20,000 nucleotides of DNA from an uncultured virus (IMG/VR IMGVR_UViG_3300044611_000703) (taxonomy: Duplodnaviria > Heunggongvirae > Uroviricota > Caudoviricetes). The notes beneath the pieces were generated by a model. The model searched no databases and was not told the origin of the DNA. It saw only the letters and a program-made list of their open reading frames with translations. Below are positions 1-8,602 of the stretch, one piece after another. The stretch's first letter is position 1; every line of letters starts with the position of its first letter. The stretch is taken from IMG/VR virus record IMGVR_UViG_3300044611_000703, positions 57,201 to 77,200 of that record; one strand, given 5' to 3'. The position numbers were made by a program, and so were the translations under genes.

Positions 1-482
1 TTAGGTATTTTGTTTAAAACTTTGTCGTGAGTAAAATATCCCGGATGAATTGTGTTTGTTATTCCGGCATCAACCCAAAACATATATTCGGAATTAAACT
101 TATCTAATAGTTTGGCGTCGTGAAGTAAAAACACTTTAGACATCACTAAAGGATTATACATTTCTAATTTGGCTTGAGTTGAATCAGATAACCACCCAAC
201 CTGATTAAACCATTCGGGGTTAGTTCTAATTGATTGTATTTTAGTGTAAAATTCATTATCTTTAAACCAAGATAACTCTCTATGAATAAATTGAGTGTTT
301 TCAACACGTCTATATTTAAAAACAAATTTTTCTAATTCTTTATCACCAAAAATAATCATATTCTCATTAACATGTAACAATTGTTCAAATTTTTCTAAAT
401 AATATTGGAATGAACGAGACCACCCTTCTTGAAGGTCACCTCTCCCTATATTCCATAAACCGGTCACTAATGTTACACTCAT
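1..482 (-). CDS. HtrL/YibB (WlaTC-like) family glycosyltransferase, 3' end runs off window
   Basis: Not in the ORF track. Manual translation from ATG at 482 is open to the window edge: MSVTLVTGLWNIGRGDLQEGWSRSFQYYLEKFEQLL...YNPLVMSKVFLLHDAKLLDKFNSEYMFWVDAG. The TLVTxLxxIGR, RSFxxYL, YNxxxMSKxxLL and FWxDAG motifs are characteristic of HtrL_YibB. Confidence 0.8.
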   Translation of the reverse strand, partial: MSVTLVTGLWNIGRGDLQEGWSRSFQYYLEKFEQLLHVNENMIIFGDKELEKFVFKYRRVENTQFIHRELSWFKDNEFYTKIQSIRTNPEWFNQVGWLSDSTQAKLEMYNPLVMSKVFLLHDAKLLDKFNSEYMFWVDAGITNTIHPGYFTHDKVLNKIP

Positions 483-483
483 A

Positions 484-1473
484 TTATAATAAATTTAAAT
501 CAATTTTATTTAAAAATAATTCTATATTATTTTCAGGTTGACAGTTTTTAACAAACCATTCTCGGGCATTTTTAGATATAAAATCTAAATACTCTTGGTT
601 ATTTTTAACTTTCTCCCAAGTGTATATTAAATTTTTTTGAAAATCTTCGTATGACAAATATTTTGGGTTTCCGTTATCCGTATAATCACAATAGTGATAA
701 CAATTAATGTAATGGTAGTTTGGTATTAATGGTTCAGGATAATTTATTTGTAAATAAGGTCTAATAACAGGAACACCAATACCAAAACATTCTATGTCTC
801 TATTACAAGATTCTGTTCCACCCGGTAAACTTAAACTAACCGAATAATTCGCCATGTCTTTTAAGTAATCAACATAATTTAAATTTTGATTGTTTTGGTT
901 TTTATCAATAATTAAAATATCGTCTCGATTAATATTTTCGGTCATTTGTTTTCTAAAATCCCACATCCACCCCCTAAAATAAAGTTTTTGTTCTCTATTA
1001 TTTTTAGTGTTATAGATTGATTCCATTTCATCGTAACAACAATCAAAATAAGGGTTATAAAAAAAAGTGTTAAAAACACTTTGTATATCATCCGGGAATT
1101 CTAAATCAGGATTTAACGATGATATTTTTTTATAGTTAAAATAATCTAAAAAATTAAATCCACCAGCATAAAAAAATTGTTTCATTTTTTTTGGTTCCCA
1201 ACCAAGATGCCTCATAAAATGATATTTCCAATTATCGAATAATGATATTAAAATATAATTATTATTTTCAGGATTAATAATCGATAAACTCATACAACTA
1301 AAAATACTCCCTTGACCATATTTCTCATAAGATTGGTCGACTTCCACATCAAAAGTGTGTTCCGGATATTTTAATTTTATTGAATTTATAAATTTTTTAA
1401 ATAAACTAGTCACATAAAACTCGTGACCCCCCATTTTAAGGTCTCTTAACTGATGCCTAATAATAAATCTCAT
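484..1473 (-). CDS. Putative GT-B glycosyltransferase (GT47/GT90-like C-terminal motif)
   Basis: 329 aa. C-terminal YVDYLKDMANYSVSLSLPGGTESCNRDIECFGIGVPVIRP...PLIPNYHYI...ISKNAREWF resembles the exostosin/CAP10-like GT-B signature. Tightly packed with its neighbours (1-3 nt gaps). Confidence 0.6.
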   Translation of the reverse strand: MRFIIRHQLRDLKMGGHEFYVTSLFKKFINSIKLKYPEHTFDVEVDQSYEKYGQGSIFSCMSLSIINPENNNYILISLFDNWKYHFMRHLGWEPKKMKQFFYAGGFNFLDYFNYKKISSLNPDLEFPDDIQSVFNTFFYNPYFDCCYDEMESIYNTKNNREQKLYFRGWMWDFRKQMTENINRDDILIIDKNQNNQNLNYVDYLKDMANYSVSLSLPGGTESCNRDIECFGIGVPVIRPYLQINYPEPLIPNYHYINCYHYCDYTDNGNPKYLSYEDFQKNLIYTWEKVKNNQEYLDFISKNAREWFVKNCQPENNIELFLNKIDLNLL

Positions 1474-1476
1474 ATA

Positions 1477-2724
1477 TTACAAGTTACCGGTTAATCTATC
1501 ACACCAACCTTTTGATTTACTATAAGGCCACACCACCCAATATTTTGGTTTAGAGGTTGTTTGAAAATCTCTCCAAATTTTACAGTATCCGTCAGGGTCT
1601 TTCATCATATTATTTATTTCATTAATATCCGCATCTTTACGATAAAGAGTTTCATCTTTCTCATCGTGGAAAGCAACAACCCAAAAATCATAATCTTTTT
1701 CCGGAACTTGTTTAAATGAGATATCTATACAATGTTTAAATACTCTTGCAAAACTTGCCAACCATTCTTCTTCAGTTTCATAAACGGTAGGATTTGGTGG
1801 ATACTTTTTATCTAATGTATATTGTTGGACAGCTCTATTTGAAAATTTAAGACCAGAATAAATCTCATAATCTTTTAAAGTTCTTTCAGTTCCAAATCCG
1901 TACTTACTAAAATCCAAAGTAACTTCCTCACCATCCATTCCAAAAAGTTGTCTATTCTTTTTGTGAGACAATTCATTCTTTTTACCCCACTCTTTGTCAT
2001 CATCCCATTGTTTGGTTCTACCCTTACGAGTATACTCATGCCAAATAACAGTTTTGTGTGGGTGGAATAAATCATATCCGTGAGTAAATGCTCTAACGGC
2101 AATAGATATTTCTTCCCCGTGAAAATAAAATTCAGGGTCGTGTTGAACCTCAACACTGAACTCTCCAAGAGTGAAAGCCATATGTGCAGAATAAAAACGA
2201 GAAGTAATTGGTTGTTTAAGTTTTTCCCAACCAGGAATTGTTTCAGGTAAGAAGAATACCGCACCTTCAGGGATAAACCTATCGAAAGACATTCTCCACG
2301 GTTCTTTAACTCTACCTGCCGGGTCATTATCCGGGTCGAATGAAGAAACATACCCCGTCAATAAAGGTTTCTTAAATCCTTTCTTCTGAAGTTGTTTAAC
2401 CATTTTGATTAAGGTATCATCCCAATCCTTTTCAAATCTCATATGAGAATCTATTTGAAGAGTATATTCCTCACCATCATATAATTGTTGTACTTGATTT
2501 CTTGCCCAACAAACACCTTTAGCGTCAGAATATAAAACATCCTTAACTCTAAATCTTTTATCTCCACTAAATTTTTCTAAATTATCAAACCCGTCTTCAG
2601 GGTGATATTGACGACATATACCTATTCTTAAGTTTTTAGGTCTTTTAGCATTTTCCAACATACTATCTAATGTTGGGATAAGTTGGGGGTCACGATAGGA
2701 AGCTATCTGTACAAATATTTTCAT
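1477..2724 (-). CDS. GT60-family (Gnt1/GlcNAc-transferase, PF11397-like) polypeptide N-acetylglucosaminyltransferase
   Basis: 415 aa. IFVQIASYRDPQL, GICRQ, AKGVCWARNQVQQLYDGEEYTLQIDSHMRFEKDWD, FxGEEISIAVRAFTHGYDLFHP and WHEY match the Skp1-hydroxyproline/mucin GlcNAc-transferase family, including the DSH motif. Confidence 0.85.
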   Translation of the reverse strand: MKIFVQIASYRDPQLIPTLDSMLENAKRPKNLRIGICRQYHPEDGFDNLEKFSGDKRFRVKDVLYSDAKGVCWARNQVQQLYDGEEYTLQIDSHMRFEKDWDDTLIKMVKQLQKKGFKKPLLTGYVSSFDPDNDPAGRVKEPWRMSFDRFIPEGAVFFLPETIPGWEKLKQPITSRFYSAHMAFTLGEFSVEVQHDPEFYFHGEEISIAVRAFTHGYDLFHPHKTVIWHEYTRKGRTKQWDDDKEWGKKNELSHKKNRQLFGMDGEEVTLDFSKYGFGTERTLKDYEIYSGLKFSNRAVQQYTLDKKYPPNPTVYETEEEWLASFARVFKHCIDISFKQVPEKDYDFWVVAFHDEKDETLYRKDADINEINNMMKDPDGYCKIWRDFQTTSKPKYWVVWPYSKSKGWCDRLTGNL

Positions 2725-2744
2725 TTATCTCTTGTTTTTACACA

Positions 2745-2754
2745 AAAGATAATA
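2745..2754 (-). promoter_or_regulatory. Candidate promoter element TATTATCTTT, 20 nt upstream of the GT60 operon
   Basis: Plus-strand aaagataata at 2745-2754. An identical 10-mer lies 21 nt upstream of the 3789 operon. Resembles the Bacteroidota -7 element TAnnTTTG. Confidence 0.4.
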
Positions 2755-2789
2755 GTTCAAAATAAAAGATAAATATTAATGGTTAATTA

Positions 2790-3680
2790 TTACGGACAAC
2801 TACCAAAAACTGTCACCCAATTAGTACAATTACTATAATTTGTTATATCAACAATGGTAACCGTAGGAGCTCCACTAATCGCAACACCTGTTACCACTTC
2901 ATAAGGTTCACCATTTGTTGCGGTATATACCCCTGGTAATGATGCGAATATTGGATTATATGCAACGTATTGTGTTGTCAAATCACAACAACCGTATAAC
3001 TCTAAAACTAATCCCGCAGATGTAGGTGTTGGAGTTGGGGTTGTTGTTGATGTTGCCGTTGGAGTATGTGTTGGTGTTGGTGTCGGTGTTGTTGTCGATG
3101 TTGCTGTTGGAGTGTGAGTTGGGGTCGGTGTTGGGGTTGGCGTAGATGTCGATGTCAGGTTTGGTGTTGTTGTTGGTGTTGTTGTAGGGGTAGGGGTTAA
3201 TGCCGAATCAGGACACGTATTGTTAACACACAAATTACCTATATTCACATTAATACCAACATCCGCTGATGGTAATCTACCACAATAATATAATGTAGTT
3301 CCCGATTGTATTTCACCTTTTAATATTGTGTCATCACATTGAGTAAAATAAAAATATAATGTATTCGATGTTGTATTTTCAAATGTAAGACAATTACAAA
3401 CCACAATTTTTGTAGGTGTTGGAGTTGGGGTTATTGTAGGTGTTGGAGTTGGGGTTGTTGGACAACTTTGTAAAATTAATTCTTGACAACCAATTGAATC
3501 CACAACTTTAACTATAACTTGTTGAGCACCTTCTAATTGAGTAGGTATTTGTAATTCTAATGTTGGGGGGACAACAACAACACCGGTTGCAACCACATAA
3601 CAATAAGTTAAGGTAATATCACATATTGAGATATTAAATGGTGAATGTCCTGATAAACTTGTTATTTCAACTACTTGCAT
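2790..3680 (-). CDS. Mucin-like Pro/Thr-repeat, Cys-rich protein (putative virion structural/decoration protein)
   Basis: 296 aa. Small Cys-containing beta-rich domains are separated by PTPTPT tracts, one containing a duplicated 16-aa unit (TPTPTPTHTPTATSTT). No obvious signal peptide. Confidence 0.75.
   Translation of the reverse strand: MQVVEITSLSGHSPFNISICDITLTYCYVVATGVVVVPPTLELQIPTQLEGAQQVIVKVVDSIGCQELILQSCPTTPTPTPTITPTPTPTKIVVCNCLTFENTTSNTLYFYFTQCDDTILKGEIQSGTTLYYCGRLPSADVGINVNIGNLCVNNTCPDSALTPTPTTTPTTTPNLTSTSTPTPTPTPTHTPTATSTTTPTPTPTHTPTATSTTTPTPTPTSAGLVLELYGCCDLTTQYVAYNPIFASLPGVYTATNGEPYEVVTGVAISGAPTVTIVDITNYSNCTNWVTVFGSCP
3020..3200 (-). repeat. Pro/Thr low-complexity coding repeat
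   Basis: Translates to TPTPTTTPTTTPNLTSTSTPTPTPTPTHTPTATSTTTPTPTPTHTPTATSTTTPTPTPT. A shorter tract lies at ~3410-3460. Confidence 0.9.
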
Positions 3681-3683
3681 TAC

Positions 3684-3691
3684 TATAAATA
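3684..3691. promoter_or_regulatory. TATAAATA (+) / TATTTATA (-) motif in divergent intergenic region; candidate phage late-type promoter
   Basis: Exact T4 late-promoter octamer on the + strand. On the - strand it reads TATTTATA-GTA-ATG directly before the Pro/Thr gene. The AT-rich background lowers significance. Confidence 0.3.
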
Positions 3692-3757
3692 TAGTTAGAA
3701 TTATTTTACGATAAATAATTAAATTATCTAAAATTATATGGAAATTTATACATATTT

Positions 3758-3767
3758 TATTATCTTT
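3758..3767 (+). promoter_or_regulatory. Candidate promoter element TATTATCTTT, 21 nt upstream of the long + strand operon
   Basis: Same 10-mer and near-identical spacing as at 2745-2754. Confidence 0.4.
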
Positions 3768-3788
3768 AGGGTAAAAAAATAAAACAAT

Positions 3789-4349
3789 ATGAATATTGAT
3801 AATAGACGAGAATATTTAAAAACGGCCTATAGAATGTTTGGTTTAAAAGATGATGAAGGTGGTGTTAATAGGACTCAAGGTTTGTTCATGATGTGTGAAG
3901 ATATTATGAAAGATAATTTTGTTGTTGCTGAAATTGGTTCGTATGCCGGTGTTAGTAGTGAAGTTTTAGCATTACATTGTGAAAAAATATACTGCATCGA
4001 TACTTGGGAAGATTGGAATAATGATGGTATTATTTTCCAAGCTATGGAATTGTTTGATAATATGAAATCATTTTATTCTCACATTAATAAAATACATATG
4101 AGGGGTGATGAGGCCTCTAAAATGTTTCCTGATGAACATTTTGACCTTGTTTATATTGATGCGTCTCATTGGTATGATGATGTAATAAACGATATTAATA
4201 CGTGGTTACCAAAAATTAAAAAAGGTGGTTATTTATCCGGTCATGATTATTTAGAGAATATTGATGTTTTATATGCAGTAAATGACTATTTTGGTAAAAC
4301 ACATTCAATTACGAGATACCCTGATTCAAGTTGGGTAATTAAAAAATAA
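3789..4349 (+). CDS. Class I SAM-dependent methyltransferase (Methyltransf_24-like)
   Basis: VAEIGSYAGVS motif I, YCIDTW, DLVYIDASHWYDDVINDINTWLPKIKKGGYLSGHDY. Confidence 0.85.
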   Translation: MNIDNRREYLKTAYRMFGLKDDEGGVNRTQGLFMMCEDIMKDNFVVAEIGSYAGVSSEVLALHCEKIYCIDTWEDWNNDGIIFQAMELFDNMKSFYSHINKIHMRGDEASKMFPDEHFDLVYIDASHWYDDVINDINTWLPKIKKGGYLSGHDYLENIDVLYAVNDYFGKTHSITRYPDSSWVIKK

Positions 4350-4353
4350 TTTT

Positions 4354-5091
4354 ATGAATATATTAATTCACGGCTCAATGATGGGACCTGGTGGTATTGC
4401 ACATCATATTAAAGAATTTAGTAAAAATCTAAACAAATACCATAATGTTAAGATAAGAAACTTCAATTTAGATACTAATACTTGGAATGGTTTTTATAGT
4501 GGTCCTGATATGTATAAAAACACTAAAGGTTTAGAGGATATTCACCATCAATTATTACATCAACAAAGTTTATGGGTAGATGGTGAGTTAAAAGAATTTC
4601 CACTATTAGGATATGACGAATCATTTGTTCCCGATTTTCACCTTATAATGGCCGAAGCGTATCATCATTATTATTATCAAGATTACGATAAACCAGTTAT
4701 TGCTTACTTCCCTTGGGAAACTACAGAAATGTTAGAAGGTTTTATTGAAAAACTTAAAAAAGTTGATTATATATGGGTTCCAAGTAAATGGCAATTAGAG
4801 GTTTTTGTTAATAATGGAATAGATAGAAATAAAATAACTGTTGTTAATGAGGGTGTTGACCCATCCAAATTTTTTCCCGTTAAAAATAAAAAAAATAAAA
4901 AACTAACAATACTACATATTGGTACTTGGGAATATCGTAAATCATCTTACGAATTAATAAAGTCAATTACTAATGTAATTGGTGATGACCCCTCAGTTGA
5001 ATTTAAATTAGCAATACATGACAAATATCGAGAACAGGAATCACAAGATGAATTGTTTACAAAATATCACATTTTTGGATACATTAAGTGA
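4354..5091 (+). CDS. GT4-family glycosyltransferase, N-terminal part (continues by frameshift into 5018..7447)
   Basis: GPGGIAHH, PWETT, DYIWVPSKWQ, VVNEGVDPSKFFP, ILHIGTWEYRKS. The EGWNLPL donor-binding motif is missing here but appears in the +1 frame just downstream. Confidence 0.8.
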   Translation: MNILIHGSMMGPGGIAHHIKEFSKNLNKYHNVKIRNFNLDTNTWNGFYSGPDMYKNTKGLEDIHHQLLHQQSLWVDGELKEFPLLGYDESFVPDFHLIMAEAYHHYYYQDYDKPVIAYFPWETTEMLEGFIEKLKKVDYIWVPSKWQLEVFVNNGIDRNKITVVNEGVDPSKFFPVKNKKNKKLTILHIGTWEYRKSSYELIKSITNVIGDDPSVEFKLAIHDKYREQESQDELFTKYHIFGYIK

Positions 5092-7447
5092 AGAGGATTA
5101 TATTAATGAAATTAGAAATGCAAATTTATATGTTTCTTGTTCACGCGGTGAGGGTTGGAATCTTCCGTTAATTCAATCATTATCTTCAGGTGTGCCATCC
5201 ATTTACAGTAAATCAACAGGTCAATTAGAATATACTGAAAACTCAATAGGTATTGGTATTGAGATTGTAGGAGAAGAAGACGCTCAAAGAAAATTAATAA
5301 TAAACAACCAAGAATATTTTTGGGAGTTACTACATGACTATTACCCTGGTAAATTATCAGAACCAAATTATACTCAATTTGAGTATGAAGTTATGAAATT
5401 TTATACACAATATAAATTAAATAAACTCTCAGAATATAACAATAAATCATTATTAGATTCACAATATATTCAGAAAAATTTTAATTGGGACTATGTTACT
5501 GAGAAAGCAAATAAAATTTTAGAAAGTTATAATACTAAAAAAAAATCAATTACAATGTCAAACATATATTATTTAATTCACAGTAGTAGTTTTGGAGATA
5601 CGTTAGCGTCAACACCAACTTTACGATATCTTTCTCAATCACATAATGAAAAAATCAATGTTGTGACACATAGTAAAGTTGTATTTAGAGGAAACCCTTA
5701 TGTTGATAATTTACTTTCATTTGACGAATACAATTTAATTGATACATCAAACTCAAGAATATATGAAAGTTTTACGTTTCCCGGAACTTTTGATAAGAAT
5801 GGTATTGAGAAAAAATTCTCACATATTGATACTCGTCAATTACACGCTAATGATTTAGGATTCCAACTTTTACCAGAACAATTGAGTTATGATTTTTATC
5901 CAACATCATTAGAATTAGATATTGACTTACCTAAAGAGTATGTTGTATTACACGTAACAACAAATTGGGCGAACAGAACTTGGAATGATAAAAATTGGAC
6001 AGAATTAATTGATTGGCTTCGTGAAAACAAAATTTATACTGTTTTAATAGGGTCAGGTTATAGAGAAAAATTACATCATTCGTTAGGTGATACATTAGAA
6101 AAATACTGTCCTGTTTTTGAAAATCTTTATGGTTTAGATTTAACCAATCAAGGGACGATGAGTGATATGTGGTGGGTAATTAATAACTCTAAATGTATTG
6201 TAACAATGGATTCCGGGCCTTTACATTTAGCAGGATGTACGAATACCCATATATTACAATTAGGTAGCGCGATACATCCATCATTTAGAGCACCATATAG
6301 ATATGGGACTCAAGAATATAACTACACATATGTTGGAGGAACTTGTAATATATTTTGTAATTCAAATTTATCGTATAATGTTAAAGAGTGGGGACACATT
6401 AATGCCGTTCCACCAATGCCAGGGTGTTTAGAGAAGAAATCAACTTTTGAGTGTCATCCATCTGTTGACCGGGTTAAAGAAAACATTAGTAAAGTTTTGA
6501 ACTCGGAAAATGTTAATAAATTTGACACCATTGTTGAATTGTTTAAAAAAGACGATTTAAATAAAATACACTTTAATTATAAAGTTGACACGGAACTCCC
6601 AATAAAAATGGAGGTGATTGATGTTAACACAGGTTTAAAAAGAGACAACTTTTTTGATGTTGCGAAAAGAAACTATAACGGAATAAATTGGTGGGCACCA
6701 AGTCCGGGTCGTTTAAACGGTTTAGGTAATATTATTATAAACCTATATTTAGATGGTGAATTTTTTGGTTATAAGAAAATGATTATCAATGGGGATAACA
6801 AACTAACAATAGGTGATAAAGAATATAAATTTGAAAATTTAGAAGATAACAATTATTCAACTTATTGGGAGATATTCATAAATAAAGATTATGAATATGA
6901 TGACGAATTTAATGTTCAAAAAAATGATGTTGTTTTAGACATTGGTGGTAATTATGGATTTTTCTCTCTTTACTCACTGGATAAAGGAGCTAAAAAAACA
7001 TATTGTGTTGAACCATTAAAAAAACCATTTAATCATATTTTAGAATTATCTAAAGAATTTCCAATAACACCAATTAATAAAGCAGTTAGTGTTGAAGATG
7101 GTGAAATTACAATGACATTATGTGATGATGTTTCCGCAAGAAATTGTGTGTCAACTTATAATGATTTACTTAATAACACCGGTGATGAAATTATTGTTGA
7201 ATCCATTAATATTAATACCCTTATCAATGAAATTGATGACACAATTAATTATTGCAAAATAGATTGTGAAGGTTCTGAATACGATATTTTTAAAACAATA
7301 ACGTCTAAAAATTTAAAAAAAATAAAACGATATTGTATTGAGACACATAGTGAAGAAATATTAGAGTTAGTGGTTAGTGTTTTATTAAAAAACAATTTTG
7401 ATGTTAAAATTAAAGATAATATGATTTTTGCTAAAAATTTAAATTAG
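5018..7447 (+). CDS. Multidomain protein: GT4 C-terminus + GT9-like glycosyltransferase with 4-Cys motif + FkbM-like methyltransferase
   Basis: SCSRGEGWNLPLIQS (GT4). From in-frame ATG 5555: SSSFGDTLASTP...DSGPLHLAG...CNIFC...CLEKKSTFECH (GT9-like). C-terminal VVLDIGGNYGFFS...YCKIDCEGSEY (FkbM). The start at 5018 is probably not a real start. Confidence 0.8.
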   Translation: MTNIENRNHKMNCLQNITFLDTLSEEDYINEIRNANLYVSCSRGEGWNLPLIQSLSSGVPSIYSKSTGQLEYTENSIGIGIEIVGEEDAQRKLIINNQEYFWELLHDYYPGKLSEPNYTQFEYEVMKFYTQYKLNKLSEYNNKSLLDSQYIQKNFNWDYVTEKANKILESYNTKKKSITMSNIYYLIHSSSFGDTLASTPTLRYLSQSHNEKINVVTHSKVVFRGNPYVDNLLSFDEYNLIDTSNSRIYESFTFPGTFDKNGIEKKFSHIDTRQLHANDLGFQLLPEQLSYDFYPTSLELDIDLPKEYVVLHVTTNWANRTWNDKNWTELIDWLRENKIYTVLIGSGYREKLHHSLGDTLEKYCPVFENLYGLDLTNQGTMSDMWWVINNSKCIVTMDSGPLHLAGCTNTHILQLGSAIHPSFRAPYRYGTQEYNYTYVGGTCNIFCNSNLSYNVKEWGHINAVPPMPGCLEKKSTFECHPSVDRVKENISKVLNSENVNKFDTIVELFKKDDLNKIHFNYKVDTELPIKMEVIDVNTGLKRDNFFDVAKRNYNGINWWAPSPGRLNGLGNIIINLYLDGEFFGYKKMIINGDNKLTIGDKEYKFENLEDNNYSTYWEIFINKDYEYDDEFNVQKNDVVLDIGGNYGFFSLYSLDKGAKKTYCVEPLKKPFNHILELSKEFPITPINKAVSVEDGEITMTLCDDVSARNCVSTYNDLLNNTGDEIIVESININTLINEIDDTINYCKIDCEGSEYDIFKTITSKNLKKIKRYCIETHSEEILELVVSVLLKNNFDVKIKDNMIFAKNLN

Positions 7448-7449
7448 TT

Positions 7450-8601
7450 ATGTTAAAATTTGGAATATACACCACCTTTTATAATTGTGAAAGATTTGTT
7501 GATAGAATATTTAATTCTATCGAACAAATAGATTATGATAATTTTGAATGGCACATTACTGACGATTTTTCAAGTGACAACACTAAAGACATAGTCTTAA
7601 ACCGATTAGAAAATAGTATTTTAAAACATAAAATAAAATATTATGAACAATCTGAAAAAAAACAAATGTATTGGAATCCTCAAGAATTTTTTGATAAAAC
7701 TTTTGATTGGATTGTTTTAGTCGATGCTGATGATGATTTTGATAAAAACTTTTTAAATGTTTATAACTCATTTTTAGAAAACAACAATGATGTGTCTTTA
7801 GTGTCGTCAGATTACTTTAAATTATATGAAGATAGTGGTTCATTACATTCAATCTCATATATCTTAAATAATGATATAATCTCTAACAAAATTAATAATT
7901 ATCACCCATCATGTGATTATCTAAATAATATAAGTTATAGTTGTTTTGGTCATTTAAGGGCGTTTAAAAATATCATAGATAAGTTTGAATTAACAGATGT
8001 GTTGGCGGGTGCTGAAGATAGTTACCACGTATTTTGGTCAAATTCATTTGGGAAATATCTGCATATACCAAGACCTTTATATAAGTGGTATTTACGAGAA
8101 GATTCCGAATCCCACAGAAAAATTGTCCCACATAATTTTAACGCAAATTTTGATATTGCATTAAATAAATTAAATTTAAGTGACGGTGGTATTGATAGTA
8201 GATTTAATGAATTGTATATTGAAACCTCTACTTTAGGGTCCTACCCTATTGGAGAATTACAAAATAAAAACGTATCATTATGGTCTAGAAATATATCTAA
8301 AGGTCAACAGGAAGTTTTACAGAAATTATATTATGATGTTACACTAACATTTAATAATCCTGAATCGGATATCCACTTATTTTCACTTAATAATCTTAAC
8401 GAAAATGTTTTAGAAAAAATACTTCAAAAAATTAAAGGTGGTAAAGTTTTATTTTATTATCAAAACCAAAATTATCATTTATCTAATGAAGATAAAGATG
8501 AAGAATTAGAAAAACAATTAAACAAATATACACCAGTTATAAGTCGTTACTATGGATTTAGTTGGTGGACATATATCAGACATTTTATAATCAAAAATTA
8601 A
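7450..8601 (+). CDS. GT2-family (GT-A) glycosyltransferase with C-terminal extension
   Basis: IYTTFYNCERFV...EWHITDDFSSDNT, VLVDADD (DxD), AEDSY. Confidence 0.85.
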   Translation: MLKFGIYTTFYNCERFVDRIFNSIEQIDYDNFEWHITDDFSSDNTKDIVLNRLENSILKHKIKYYEQSEKKQMYWNPQEFFDKTFDWIVLVDADDDFDKNFLNVYNSFLENNNDVSLVSSDYFKLYEDSGSLHSISYILNNDIISNKINNYHPSCDYLNNISYSCFGHLRAFKNIIDKFELTDVLAGAEDSYHVFWSNSFGKYLHIPRPLYKWYLREDSESHRKIVPHNFNANFDIALNKLNLSDGGIDSRFNELYIETSTLGSYPIGELQNKNVSLWSRNISKGQQEVLQKLYYDVTLTFNNPESDIHLFSLNNLNENVLEKILQKIKGGKVLFYYQNQNYHLSNEDKDEELEKQLNKYTPVISRYYGFSWWTYIRHFIIKN

Positions 8602-8602
8602 T

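Noticed and set aside
5089..5106. TGA readthrough or alternative genetic code explaining the split GT4
   Set aside because: Readthrough hits TAA after four more codons and the missing motif is in a different frame. All other genes translate intact in the standard code.
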